A stretch of 64,000 nucleotides of DNA from Octopus vulgaris (GCA_951406725.2 OX597820.1:121520001-121584000); one strand, 5' to 3'; shown: positions 27,520 through 41,541, numbered from the stretch's first letter. Made by a program: numbers and translations. Notes: generated from the sequence alone by a model not told the origin.

Positions 27520-27710
27520 TTGGCACAAGGCCAGCAATTTCGTGGTGATGGGTTAAATCGATTACATCGACCTTAGGACTCAGCTGTTATTTTATCAATC
27601 CAGAAAGGATGAAATGCAAAGTGGACCGCCGGGGGATCAGAACTGAGAACGTGAAGACAGACGAACTGCCACTATAAATTTTACCTGGGGTGCTAACGAT
27701 TCTGCCAGAG
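27520..27710 (-). mobile_element. Diverged Meta-core SINE (short-tail)
   Basis: Homology to other copies in the window. Confidence 0.7.
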
Positions 27711-27834
27711 GCCACAAAGGTTTATCACGTGGAGCTCAATATAAAAAAACAGGTGGCCTTTATATCGATTAATGGAAGACACTACAATATTAAATGAAAT
27801 AACGAAGGATATATAAATAGAAGTTAGATAGATG

Positions 27835-28640
27835 AATAATAATTAATTGGAATCTCCAAGAACAGGGCAGTCCATTTAGGGTAATTCACGGGAAAACCTA
27901 CGCAAAAGACCCGGGTTACCCTGCCATCCCCACGGAATGAGAAGTACACTCTTCTAGTTTCTTTCCTCCTATTTAGAAAAGCATACGCAGAGTCGACCCA
28001 TTCAGTCTCAGCAGTGTTGCCACTTTTGTCCACCTTTTGACAAATCCAGTAGGAGGCAGCACATACCTCTCTATCCTAACCTTCCTTGGTCAGACAGGAA
28101 AGTAACAATCTTCAAACCTTTCAAACTCGTCCACCACAAAATCTCTTTTTCTCACAGTCACTAAGCAGTGTAAGATCTGCCTTCCATCTCTGTTAATAGA
28201 AGGTAGTGCCTCGATCTTCCCTATGGACTCGACAGACAGTGGATTCGTTTTACATGAGACAGCAGCAGCTCAACGCAAGCCCACAAGTCTCTAATACAAG
28301 GACGCTGAGTGTTTGCATGCAGGACGGTTTCGTCGCCCTGCATGCTTCCCGTGGAGATTCGGCTGTCAGCACTTTCATGCCTAAAGAGTTTCTCTCGAGC
28401 AGGCAATGATCTCTGCAGCACTTCCACGCAAACAAATTGCCCATGAACTTCGACCCGAAAGTCCTCCAGAAGAGACCACTTGGACTGTTTTTTCACCACT
28501 AATTGGTTTAGCTACACTTTCATTACACGGCATTTGATGCATGAAAGTGTCTGGTGTTGCCGCCCTCATTCACGTTTCTTGCCGCGAGGTAGGTCCATGC
28601 AAAAATCTTGACAATATGAAAACCAGTTTTGTTTTGAAGA
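27835..28640 (-). mobile_element. Decayed Tx1/L1-type LINE 3' fragment
   Basis: LPAREKLFRHES..DETVLHA..IRDLWACVELLLSHVKRI aligns with ORF 31620..32141; the 3' UTR motif GGTCTTTT.CGTAGG is shared. Confidence 0.75.
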
Positions 28641-29039
28641 CACCAACCTCACCTTCATGCATGTTTCTTGGTCATTTGGAGAATATTTTGAAGGGCTGAG
28701 GGCCCTTGAAACCCAAGCTCTTGAAGTATTTGCTGTTGTATCTTCAGGGGTGATGTTAGAATCTTTGACATTATGCAGCGGCGTCTCGTTCAGCTGTATT
28801 AATATGTATAATTATATAATTATAAATGTTTATACGTACACACAGACAGACAAAAGTTAACAAGGCGGCAGAAGCTTAACACCAATCCAGAGTACTTTTG
28901 AATGACGCATCATATCCCTCTGGCAACATCTTTCAACCGCCAAGTGTCGAAGTGCATCCCTTGACTAAGTTAGGATGCATGAGGCTGATAAAATCCTAAG
29001 ACTTTGAAGCTAGCTTCACGGGCAACATTCCATGTCTAA

Positions 29040-29900
29040 TAACCTTAAATAGATGCCCGAAGAAGTCACACGACTCTACCGCAATATATCATCAGATAAA
29101 AGAATGAGCGTATATTAGCAGAAGACCATGCATGGATATGTTAGTAGAAAGCTCCGAGATGATTGTAATATTGATCATCAAAGCAGTCTATCATGGACCA
29201 ACAAATAGATTACTAATTCACACTTTGAAGGGTTTGCGTTTGCAATCCAGGAACAGGAAAATATCAAACAAAAATCTGATGCACAAAAGGGACAGGGATG
29301 CAGGAAAAGCAGCATTGTGTAACAACTGTTGTCCTAAAGAGTTATGTATTATCTACCGATGTTGTAGCTGGGACCCTATATAATGAAATCCGTTGGAAGG
29401 GTAACCCCGAGGACAAACAAATAAGAAAGCACAGTGTGGTAGAAGCGATAGCCACTCATTATAAAAAGGAATACAGGTGGAATGTACCAGTGAAGACCTC
29501 AGTGAAATGAAAGCAAAACGGACCTGGTATAATGATTTGGGATAGAGAAGAGAAACTGTGCACAGTTGTGGAAATTAGCTGCCCAGTGGATGTCAACATA
29601 AAGCTGAAGATCAGAGAAAAAGAGAACACCTACGCTGAACTATTTAGAAATCTGCATTTACTCTATCTAGATTTTAAGTTAAGGTTTATACCTGTAATTA
29701 TTGGAACACTCGGATATGTAACACACGGCCTAAATACCATTGTTGAGGAACTAGGCTTCTCAAAACCAGAAAGGAGAAAGCTGATTCAAAGACTACAGAT
29801 CCGAGTTATTACTGGAACTGGAAAAGTTTGTAGAACTTAGCGGAAGTTTATCATTTAAGTATATATATAAGCATGACTAGATATGCAAGTATAGGCATCA
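29040..29900 (+). mobile_element. R4/Dong-like LINE (second family), C-terminal RLE region
   Basis: SHFEGFAFAIQEQEI, WNVPVKTS, IWDREEKLCTVVEISCP.D.N...KE..Y and FIPVIIGTLGYV motifs with stops and frameshifts. Confidence 0.85.
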
Positions 29901-30340
29901 GAAGTTTGTATATCTATATACAGGAAAGAGTGTATATACTTCTTCCCTGCCAAAAAGAAAAATGAAAATTGTAATCCTGGCCTTTCTGGTTTTAATCTCA
30001 ACGACTTGGTGTCTTGATCATCTTTTTCATAAGTTATTCACATGATGACGCGCAAGTACATAGCTATTGTCAGGTTATATTTATGTAATATTTATATAAT
30101 GATATGTATAACATGGAAACGCAGCCACTGGCAACTGTTACGAATGCTGAGAAACATTTGGATTAAAACCTGCTCATTCTCTCTTCGTGTATTATAAATG
30201 TTTGTGTGATTCCTGCGAAGATCGTCAGATTTCTACATGTATTTCTAGTAAAAAGAGAATTTTTGCTGTATGCCAGCATATGATAGCCAATAAACATAGA
30301 GGAGCTTTGAAGTGCCCGTTATAGGGTTATATTACCCAGA

Positions 30341-30399
<59 letters not shown>

Positions 30400-30401
<2 letters not shown>

Positions 30402-30928
30402 GTCAGGTCACTTTCGAGAGCTACTGGTAACATGTAACCCAGTACAACCTGTTGCATGGTCGGGTCGTCGGCGACTAAATGGTCAACCCTACCAAGCTTG
30501 CTTAGTGAGGAGGGATGAAAAACAAAACCCATCAAAAGGCGGAGGAACTCTTGAGAGTCAACGGCCATCTGATAAATGTTTTAAGGCTGTATTATGCGCG
30601 GGGACATAGAAATAATGGGACTGGAATACCCGATCGCGCGGTTAAACCATTGGGAGTGAAGGAGTCCTAGCCTTTGTTAGGGCATCCTTCAAGGAGAAGG
30701 TAACTCAGGTAACTTGGATAACTCCGACATAAAACCTGCGGCTCAGTGTTTACCGATGATGTTGACTTGTTCTTCTTTTCGGATTATGGCTGCTGTTGCT
30801 TAGTGAGTGGGATTGACTCAGTGCACAGCCTTTCCTCGCTTTAAAAAAAATCTTCTGGCATTGCACGATAACAACATTGATTAAAGCTTCGTGCATTGGC
30901 CATACTCGATAACGAGGGGGCAGCCACC
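30400..30928 (+). mobile_element. Non-autonomous element resembling an RTE LINE 5' UTR, inserted in (TA)n
   Basis: GGCATCC..AGGAGAAGGTAACTC...AAACC motif resembles RTE 5' UTRs; flanked by (TA)n on both sides; no real ORF. Confidence 0.5.
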
Positions 30929-30931
30929 ATG

Positions 30932-30968
<37 letters not shown>

Positions 30969-31401
30969 ATCAATTTCTAGAATAAACCATTTGGTGTGTA
31001 GATGTGGCAATTAGTGTTGGAGAAAATTGTGTAAGACCTCTTGCTCCACAGAGGAGTTCGTAATTATTCTGCATCACTAATTAGTATGTCGACAGCGCAA
31101 CTTGTTTCATTGTGGATAATGAGTTAAATACATAAACCCGGCTGGGAGAACAGACGTGCTTCTAACTAGATTGGCGCTGGTAAGGACTAATTTGTTGAAA
31201 ATAGCATTGTTTCAGGTTTGGGATCAGCAGGATTCTCTGCCAGGGAGTATTAACCATATCTGGGCTACAACTTCTCTTCTCATTTAGAATTAATTAATTA
31301 TTGTGTGCGCATGTACGTGTATCTCTGTGTACTCATATATATTTTATAGTGTAGCATCAATTAAGAGCAAATGAATACGTACACATATTCGTTTGCATAC
31401 C

Positions 31402-31590
<189 letters not shown>

Positions 31591-31607
31591 CTAGCTAGCT
31601 ATATATC

Positions 31608-32491
31608 GGACCAGGGCCCATGGACAACTTCCAGAGATCCCTGGCCTGGCAGTGCTATCGAAAAGCGCTACCTGTTCGGGATAAGCTCTACAGACACGGC
31701 TCGAGAAACACTTTGCCGACCTGCCCGAGATGCGATCAGAGCGACGAAACCGCTCTGCACGCACTCGTGCAGTGTCCGACAATTTCCGATCTGTGGGCTT
31801 ATGTCGAACGACTGCTGTCACATGTGGGACGAGTCGGTTTATTAGCCGAGTCTATCGTCAATATCGTCACGCCTCCTTCCTTCAAACGGGAAGGAAGAGC
31901 TATTTTCATCATCCCTGTGGCTATGGCGAAAGAATGTATCTGGTGGACGCGTCTGAAAAGATTGGAGACAAACACTTTCCTCTCTGGTAAATCTCTCATC
32001 AACTTCTTCAAGTATCACTTGAAAAGGAAAGTGAGAGAAGAGAGGCAAGTTTTGTCTAGCGAATGTTTTAAAAAAAGATGGGTGAATGTAGCAAGGATGG
32101 CATGTATGAATGACGAAGCCACCTTGAGCATAATCCTATGAACCCGGAAAATTTAAAACATAGGGTTACCTACTTGCAAACAAATGTGGTAACATGTAAT
32201 AACATTGACCGAGGTTACCGTGGTCTTTTCCGTAGGCTTTTCTTCCCACGGATAAACCTTATCTGCTTCCCTTTTTACACTTTACATCATGACACTGTGA
32301 TACACGATCCCTATCGATCGTTTTGTTTTTCTTTTGTTTCTTTTCCTTTTTTTCTTTTATTTTCTTCTTTCCCTTTTACGATCCCTTTTGATCGAAAACC
32401 TGCCCCACCTTTTTTTTCTTTCCCAAAAAAAGAAAAGCTCTACTTTGTAATCTGTCCCGTCTGTGTGCAGCCATGTGTGGCTAATAAAAAA
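31608..32491 (+). mobile_element. 5'-truncated Tx1/L1-clade LINE: ORF2 C-terminus (zf-RVT/CCHC), 3' UTR, AATAAA and short A tail
   Basis: Open ORF 31620..32141 with LAWQCYRKALPVRDKL..CPRC..DETALHALVQC..LW; T-rich UTR; AATAAA at 32483; possible TSD ATATATC at 31601-31607 and 32492-32498. Confidence 0.85.
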
Positions 32492-32494
32492 ATA

Positions 32495-32522
32495 TATCTA
32501 TCTATTTATCTATCTATATGTA

Positions 32523-32602
<80 letters not shown>

Positions 32603-32702
32603 CATCCATCCATCCATCCATCTATCTATCTATCTATCTAGCTATCTAGCTATCAATCTATCTATCTACTTATCTACCTATCTATCTATCTATCTATCTA
32701 TC
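32495..32702. repeat. (TATC)n/(CATC)n microsatellite, 3' flank of the Tx1 insertion
   Basis: Direct reading. Confidence 0.96.
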
Positions 32703-33399
32703 TCGCCCCTCTCTCCAAATATGTATATATGTATGTATGTTTATCTATTGATATATACATACACATACACATGTATATATATGCATACAAATTCACCTAT
32801 ATTTACACAGTAGCACTCATATCTATATTTGTCTACGTGTGTGTGTGTGTGTGTGTCTGTGTGAGTGCGTGTATATATGCTTTCATATGTGTGTGTTCAT
32901 CAGAGAAGAATATATGGAAGAGATGAGGGCGGGCAGATGTTCCAAAGAGAGAGAGAGAGAGCTAGGGCGGTGAATGACCGACCACATCACAGATACATTA
33001 TAGGATCACTTATTTTTAGTGAAACCTCCTGGTGATTGTAATTACTGACGAATGGAAAAGCCTTTTTTTATTATTTTCATTTTATTTTATTTAAAGAAAA
33101 AAAGAAATAAATAACAAAACCATGAATATAGAATCAGGAACAAAAATAGAAGAAAATCCGAAATGGAACCAATGAATAAATAAATAAATTAATTTGGAAA
33201 AATAAAGAAAGACAAGATAAAAATAATTAGTAAAACTGAAATTATAAACAATATTGAAAAAGTGAAACATAACCGGTGATATATGACACAGAGTTTGTTT
33301 GAGAAAGCAAAATATTTAAATGAGTATCGCCACAGGGGCAAGAGAAAGGGGAAACATTACGCAAACAATTTACGTCATTAAAATGTAGTGACCAATAGA

Positions 33400-33686
33400 T
33401 GGCGGCGGCGGTGGTGGTGGTGATGGTGGTGGTGGTGGTGGTGGTGGTGGTGGTGGTGGTGGTGGTGGTGGTGGTGGTGGTGGTGGTGGTGGTGGTGGTG
33501 GTGGTGGTGGTGGAGGTGGTGGTGGTGGTGGTGGTGGTGGTGGTGTATTTCTGGATTATAATTCTTTTTGTAAAGGGGATGATAATGTTTTATGCTATGT
33601 TCCATGACAATCGTGGTATTGACAATTGTGACGAAAACAGCTGCTGCTGCTGCTGCTGTTGCCCCCCTTCCTCCTCCTCCTCCTCT

Positions 33687-33718
<32 letters not shown>

Positions 33719-33750
33719 CAACTACTACTACTACTACTACTACTACTACA

Positions 33751-33823
<73 letters not shown>

Positions 33824-33826
33824 TTC

Positions 33827-33857
<31 letters not shown>

Positions 33858-33890
33858 GACTACTACTACAACTACAACAACAACAACAGC
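33400..33890. repeat. (GGT)n and (ACT)n microsatellites
   Basis: Direct reading. Confidence 0.93.
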
Positions 33891-34468
33891 GACTGCTACA
33901 GCGTCGGCGAAGACGACAACTGCAATACACACAGGGCCACCTCAAATTGCAGCTCCACCGAGAGCTTTCGACTCCATTCCTCATTCTCCATTCGAATCGC
34001 TCACATACAAATTCGTTGCTGTCAGACCTGGAAGCACAATGGCGTCTCTTCTCATTCACTTTTGTTGTCAACTTAAACCTGCGGTCTTTGGACTCCTTTA
34101 CAAATCACACAGGCAGCTTGATACATAGATGACACCACACACATTCATTCACCAATCACATGACACCGTTCTACACGAGTCCGATTCTATTGGAATCTTT
34201 CAGAGACCTAGTTCCACAACACCATGTCAGCCTCTGCCAAATCCGTCCTCTAACTTGTCAGCAGCAGCAGCAGCCGTTCAAGAATTTGGACCTGGAGATC
34301 TCCATTTCCAGCGACATCGAGGGCCACCTCCCAGTGTTGTCGGGCGTCAACGAAGAGCCCTCGACTACAACAAGACGACCAAAGTTTTTTTTTTCCAATG
34401 TCTGGGGGTCTCCCGCCCCTAAGCCCAAGATCATCACCTAATCACCCTTACCCGTCTTGTTGCTTAGC

Positions 34469-34500
<32 letters not shown>

Positions 34501-35475
34501 GTAGCAGCAGCAACAGCGGCCATTAAATGTAACTCCTGCACAATAACATAAATACAAACATAACCACTCTGCAGAACATCAGAGAGTTACAATTCTAGGA
34601 ATTGCCCACAACACTGCTGCAGCGTTCACCAGACTTGTATAAGGAACCAAACCGATGTCCGAACACAGAACAATCACAAGAACCACATTTGGCCAACAGA
34701 ATGAAATAACACCAACAACGATGTATAAAGAATGCAAATGTGGATTCTGTAAGTCTTTATAGAGTCCCTAATTTCGCCACAACACCCAACGATTAATTAC
34801 CGAAAGCTTAAAACCGCAGACTATGCAACACCACAGGGTGTATATAGACGATATAGACATAATACAGCTAACGTAATTAAAACGAGAAACCCCATGGGTA
34901 TTGCAACATCCAACCTCCCCTTTCGTTGTATTACTTGAAGAATCACCTCCAAAATAGATATTTGTTCAAGAGCAGAGAACGGCTACGATAACAACCTTAA
35001 AATTCTATCGTTTGCGTTTAGCCAGAACAGGAATGGGGATTATAAACTGGTAAGCACTGTGCAAGGACATATGCCAGAAACAAAGTTGAGAATAGCACCA
35101 ACTGTCGTGTTCTGAATAACCCTATCTTTGCCAGTTTTGAATCTATGACAAGAAGGAAGACATAAAACATCTCGCAGAGTATGCCCAGAACGTCATGAGA
35201 CAACCAATATGATTCATCGCCACATGTCAGATTGTGTGGAGAAGCGGAAATGTTGTATAACAGAGAAGGTAGATCTATAGGCTGGAACTGATCGATCACC
35301 TGACTACTTCACTGTGAAACGGTTGCTCAATAAAAGTTAAATTTCGGCTGCACAACAACAGTAACCCGAGTAAGCATTTAACAATCCCAATAACAAATGC
35401 AGGACAAGTGGGGACAGCCAACATGGCTGGTAATAGAGGCCGACTTGTGCAAACAGCTAACAGGCCCTGAATACC

Positions 35476-35673
35476 TATTTCTTTACTACCCACAAGGGGC
35501 TAAACATGGAAGGGACAAACAAGGACAGACAAACTGGTACTTATTTAATCGACCCCGAAAGGATGAAAGGCAAAGTGGACCTCGGCGAAATTTGAACTCA
35601 GTACGTAGCGGCAGGCGAAATACCGCGAAGCATTTCGCCCGGCGTGCTAACGATTCTGCCAGCTCCCCACCTT
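35476..35673 (-). mobile_element. Meta-core SINE, long-tail subfamily, internally deleted
   Basis: TSD AGGCCCTGAATACC (35462-35475) / AGGCCCTGAATGCC (35674-35687). Confidence 0.88.
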
Positions 35674-35914
35674 AGGCCCTGAATGCCGTTTCCTTGGTCT
35701 TCCTAATTCTGATCCCTGTCAACCTCCTCCCAAGTCATTTTCCAACTCATTTTCAGGCGTCATACCATATCCTTTATTTCTTACTACGGATTTTCAAATT
35801 ATTTTTCTTTATCTGTTTCTACAAGTTTTAGAAGATGAATCACTACATAAGTGCTTCTGGACGAGTATTATTTCTTCTTCTTCTTTGATGCGGTAAAAAG
35901 AAAAGGGAACATTT

Positions 35915-36149
35915 TGTTCTTGAGCAAGACACTTTATTTCATGTTGCTTCAGTCCATTCAGCTGGCAAAAATGAGTAGGACCCGTTTTTCAAGAGGCCAG
36001 CCTTGTCCCACCATGTCACGCTGACTCTCCCTGAGAACTACCTGGTGCGGATTCACGCGTCTGCGGTGTACTCAGTCACTTGCACGTTAATTTCACGTGA
36101 AAGCTATTCCATTGATCGGATCAACTGGATCCATCGTCGTCTTGACCAC
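35915..36149 (+). mobile_element. Headless tRNA-SINE fragment, same body and tail as 47372
   Basis: TTGAGCAAGACACTTTATTTCA...GGATCAACTGG..CGTCGTC. Confidence 0.8.
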
Positions 36150-36166
36150 TAAAACATCGTAATACC

Positions 36167-36397
36167 TATTTCTTTATTATTCACAAGGGGCTAAACATAG
36201 AGGGGACAAACAAGGACAGACATAGGTATTAAGTCGATTACATCGACCCCAGTGCGTAACTGGTACTTAATTTATCGACCCCGAAAGAATGAAAGGCAAA
36301 GTCGACCTCGGCGGAATTTGAACTCACAACGTAACGCAGACGAAATACCGCTAAGCATTTCGCCTGGCACGCTAACGTTTCTGCCAGCTCGCCGCCT
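36167..36397 (-). mobile_element. Meta-core SINE monomer, long tail
   Basis: Full head and tail; 17-bp TSD TAAAACATC(G/A)TAATACC at 36150-36166 and 36398-36414. Confidence 0.92.
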
Positions 36398-37855
36398 TAA
36401 AACATCATAATACCACCACCACCACCTTACCATTGTCACAGCCCCATATCCTTCCCACCAAATTATCCTTCACTCCCCCACACCACCATTAATCCTATTC
36501 TCACGAACTTACAATGGAGCTATCGCGCAATTGGTTGATTTGCGAGAAATAGCAAATGAATTCCCCTCAAATCGCATCTTATTATCTTAATAAGGGAAGA
36601 AGAATACATGTAGTCATGAATATCTGAAATATACCGACGGGAAAGCCATGGCTGGAACGCTTTCACCCATTTACCCCTTCTGACACCAACATTAGAACGG
36701 CCACTACCACGATCACTGCATTATAAACTATCACCACACTATTATGTCTGACATCATTACCACCTCAACCTGTATTAAACTGCTACTACTACTACTACAA
36801 CAACTACTACTACTACTACTACTACTACTATATTTAATAAGACTATCACCTCCACCATCACCGCTACTACCACCTCAACCGCGAAAACCACTGCCGTCAC
36901 TACCACCAAATTTCCAATACAACATTCCTATATTTAATACCTCCACCACCTCCATACTATCTCCTATACAACCGCCTTCCTCTCTGCACCCCATTCAGTT
37001 CCCCTACTACAGCCATTACACCCTCACTTATCAATTTACCTTCAATCCACCCCTTTGTCTCAATTATCTCCTTAATGCTCCCCACCCCCACACTTCCCCC
37101 ACCCCTTCTCAGTTTGTCCCTATTTCTCACTTCCTCCATACCCGACCAAACCGGCACATGCCTCTACTACCACCATCACCACTACCACCACCGCCACTCC
37201 TTCTCCCCCCCCCCCCCCGTCATTCCCCCCCGCTCCATAGACTCGGTGCTCGTCATTCCAATTAGCGAATAAATAAACACATATAGGGGAAACAGACTAA
37301 TTAACTGAAGGCGCGGGGGCTGGTTGATGGTAGCGGGGCGGTGTTGCAGTGTGATATGATGGGGGGGCGGAGTGGTGTATTGATGACCCGTCCACCCACC
37401 AACAGTGATGGAGAAGTTAGTGGCGGGAGATGGAATGGTGGCGGTAATAGCGAAAATAGCGACGGAGCAGTATTGGTTGTGGTAGCAGTGGTGATGATGA
37501 TGGGGATGATGTTAGTGGTGGTAATGATAGTGATGATGGTGATGGTGGAGATAGGGTGCTGGTGAGGGCGATGTGGTAGTGTGTTAATTCTGGGTTGTGG
37601 TGGTGGTGGAGGGTTGTAGTAATAGTGGTGCTGGAGTTGGGTGAGTGTTGGTGGTAGTGTGTTGTTAGTTGCGGTAAAAGTGAAGAAGTGGTTGTTCGTT
37701 TGCTTATGGTAGCGGCGATGGTGTTAGTGGTACTCTTAATGACAGTGATAATTGTAGTATAGGTGCTGGTGCTGGTCTCACCGCTGCGCTGTTAGTGGTG
37801 TGGAGTTAATTATGATAGTGATGGAGTGCCGAGTTGATAATAGCTGTTGAGGTGT

Positions 37856-37912
<57 letters not shown>

Positions 37913-38344
37913 GAAGAGGAGGAGGAGAAGAGGGGGAGGAAGAGCAGCAGCAGAAATAACGGTAATACTGTAGTAGTGGTGATGGTGGTGGTGGTGTGAT
38001 TTACAATAAAGCGCTTCTGATAATTCGTTGGTGATAGTGTGGCTATGGTACTGTGTTGTAATTGTGGATTGGTGGTTTCTTAAGTGGTGGTCAGGTGTAT
38101 TGAATGTGTTAATATTAATTGTAGATTTTCTTGTTGTCAGTAAAATGTGACAGGACACTACCCATAAATAAGCCTTAAATGGATTTTCCCAAGGTAGTGG
38201 GGAGTGTGCCTTCAAACCAAAAGCCTAGCGTCTGGTTCCATCGTAATCCCCCAAATATCCTTAAACCGAAGACCTGCCATCCATATAAAAAATCTCTCAT
38301 TGTTTGGATGGAGGTGTTGTATGGAATTAAATGGCTCTTCGAAA

Positions 38345-38545
38345 GGCAAAAGGCCAACAAATTTGTAGCAGAGTGGGGGTAAGTCGATTACATTGACCCC
38401 AGTACACGGCTGGTATTTATTTTATCGACCCTGAAATGATAAAAGGCAAACTGAACTCGGTAGAATTTGAACTCAGAACGTAATGACGGAAGAAATGCCG
38501 CTGAGAAGTTTTAGCAGTGCGGTTTCGATTCTGCCAACTCAACGC
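38345..38545 (-). mobile_element. Diverged Meta-core SINE (short-tail)
   Basis: Homology to other copies. Confidence 0.7.
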
Positions 38546-38616
38546 AAATGAAATCTGTAACTTCTACACAGCTTTGGGATAAAATGGTTTTAGTAAAATC
38601 CCCAATGATCTAGAAC

Positions 38617-38992
38617 TCCTTTATTCTTTTACTTGTTTCAGTCATTTGACTGCGGCCATGCTGGAGTACTGCCTTTAGGATTTATTATACCGACCCCATG
38701 ATTTATTCTTTGTAAGCCTAGTACTTATTCTATCGGTTTTTCTTTTGCCGAACCGCTGAGTTACGGGAACGTAAACAAACCAGCATCATTTGTCAAGCGA
38801 TGTTGGGGGGACAAACACAAGTACATACACACACACACTACACATACACAGACGACGGGCTTCTTTCAGTTTCCTTCTACCAAATCCACACACAAGGCTT
38901 TGGTCGGCCCAAGGTGCCACGCAGTGGGACTGAACCCGGAACTATGTGGTTGGGAAGCAAGCTACTTACGACATAACCAACCATGAGCCTAT
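38617..38992 (-). mobile_element. SINE of the 15752 family
   Basis: Reverse-complement match to 15752-16165. Confidence 0.85.
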
Positions 38993-39522
38993 AGCGGATG
39001 ATGATGATGATGATGATGGTAGTGGTGGTGCTGTGGTGGTGGTGGTTTGGGGAAGGTGTGAGGGAATGGTAAAGCAGGAATGTAAGACATTTTTGTCAAA
39101 ATGTACATATTCTCCCCCCCCTCTCGCGCAACCTCGGTATTCGTTACACTTCCTCACATTCTTCGTCACTAACCTGAATCCGCCCACAACAGGATCAAAC
39201 CAGTTGATCACCATCAACGATATCAGATTCTGGGTTTCAGTCCTTTCCCAGACAGCGAAGAAATATCAGTAGATTTCACAGGAAACCGAAAGAAATGAGC
39301 TCATTCCAATTGCTTAGCATCTTGGGACGATAAAACTGGGAGAAATTAGGTCGACGTCTGTCTTGTATCTGCAGTGCAGTGTTATGGAAAGCTGCGCGAA
39401 ATGCTGAGTTACGAACACTTTACTGGAAGGATCAGTTCAGTTTCATCACACAACAAAAACCTAAATCGACAACAAAAAAGTAAAAGAAACCTCAGCCGTC
39501 ACTTGCAAGCATGTATGATACC

Positions 39523-39693
39523 TATTTCTTTATTGCCCACAAGGGGCTAAACATAGAGGGGACAAACAAGGACAGACAAAGGGATTAAGCCGATTACATC
39601 GACCCAGTGCGTAACTGGTACTTAATTTATCGACCCCGAAAGGATGAAAGGCAATGTCGACCTCGGCGGAATTTGAACGTTTCTGCCAGCTCG
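39523..39693 (-). mobile_element. Meta-core SINE, long tail, head partly deleted
   Basis: TSD ATGATACC at 39515-39522 and 39694-39701. Confidence 0.85.
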
Positions 39694-39908
39694 ATGATAC
39701 CGTGGCGTGTACCATGCCTTTTCTAAGTTTCTTGAACTCACGTGAGCCGACATAGACTTCCTCTTTGCCATTCCATTGCAAACACACACGTGCACACATA
39801 TGGAAACTTCAGCAAGAGACATATAAATGTGACAAATTTGAGAAATTTTGTATTTTCAAGCAGTAAATGTAAGCAGATCAATCTTTCAGACTCCCAGTTT
39901 ATCGATGA

Positions 39909-40098
39909 TAAACTGGGAACCCAACCTAGGCCCCCATATCTATGGCATTCACCGCTGGAATAAGGAGTGGTTGGAGATCACGCGGTCGTTAGCCTCAGAT
40001 CGCCAGGCTTGGTCTGCATTTGTGAGAGATGCAGCATTGAGGATGAATGAAGCCAGCTCAACCCACCCCGGGTGAATGCTGTAAGAAGAAGAAGAAGA
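39909..40098 (+). mobile_element. 5'-truncated RTE LINE 3' end with (GAA)n tail
   Basis: Encodes RWNKEWLEITRSLASDRQAWSAFVRDA (RTE C-terminal LA.DR..W motif); 13-bp TSD AGTTTATCGATGA at 39896-39908 and 40099-40111. Confidence 0.85.
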
Positions 40099-40488
40099 AG
40101 TTTATCGATGAGGACACAAATTTGGTGGTGATGAAACAAAATTTATCGAATCGAAAAGCATTAACTGAACAAGTGTTCGAACTTGCCCCAACCTCAAAAC
40201 TTCCACGAGATACACATCCAATAGTTTGTTGTGTTATTTCTCCACTAGGCTCTCTTTTATCACATCTTCACTTGCTTCTTATTGTTATTCATCTAATGGT
40301 ACACTTACCAATTAAATTACATACAAATTATACTTATCTTTCAACAGTGAAATATGCGCGCGAGCGTGTATGCGTGTGCAGTATATGTTCGTATATACAT
40401 GTGTGTGTGTATGTGTGTGTGTGTGTGTGTGTGTGTACATATGTACGTATATATATCTTTATGCAGATAAGCAGATAGATATATATAG

Positions 40489-40546
<58 letters not shown>

Positions 40547-40831
40547 ATATATATATATATACACACCTAGCATTCACATAGGTGTGTAGACACCGAGGTA
40601 TATTTTCTCTAGTAAAGTTATTTCGATTCAGCCAGCTCCCGCCTCATTAAAACTTAACTTCTCACTAATTAAGCCAATCTGTTTTGATATTTTGCCAAAT
40701 CTCTTTCACCCGTGTTATGACCCTTACAGGAAATCTTTTCTCTACAACTTTATTGTCTGGCTTCAGCCAAATCCTTTCAGCCTCTCGCCCATCACTGCTG
40801 ATCTTCGTTTGAAGCTTTTCCCTCTCTCTCA

Positions 40832-40938
<107 letters not shown>

Positions 40939-41136
40939 TTCATATATGCACCGTCTCGCACAGAACGCTATACCACTTCCAGATCTTGAGAGTGAGAATG
41001 TGTGATCTTAAATCATTCGGTAGCGATTTTAGTTCTGTAAATGAAATTAAACATTTAGAAAAGCAATAAATTGTTTAAAACTCCTGCTTTGTACTTAGTG
41101 ATCCCCCTCCTGTATTTATTGTTATTATTATTATTA

Positions 41137-41204
<68 letters not shown>

Positions 41205-41207
<3 letters not shown>

Positions 41208-41353
41208 TAGTTTTATTTTTATAGCGTGCTTTCACTTCACTACCGAGCGCAGCTCTGTGTGCCTTAGGTATGTGCTGTGATTTGTTGTGATGCTCTGATG
41301 GTTATTGTTTGGAAAGTGTTCTGCGTAGGATGTGTGCAGTGCCTAGTAGTGCA

Positions 41354-41354
<1 letters not shown>
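41205..41354 (-). mobile_element. 5'-truncated R4/Dong 3' end inside (TAA)n
   Basis: IALLGTAHILRRTLSKQ* plus UTR; (TTA)n on both sides. Confidence 0.88.
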
Positions 41355-41422
<68 letters not shown>

Positions 41423-41480
41423 ATTATTACTACTACTTCTACTACTACTATTATTATTATTATTATTATTATTATTTTTA

Positions 41481-41541
<61 letters not shown>

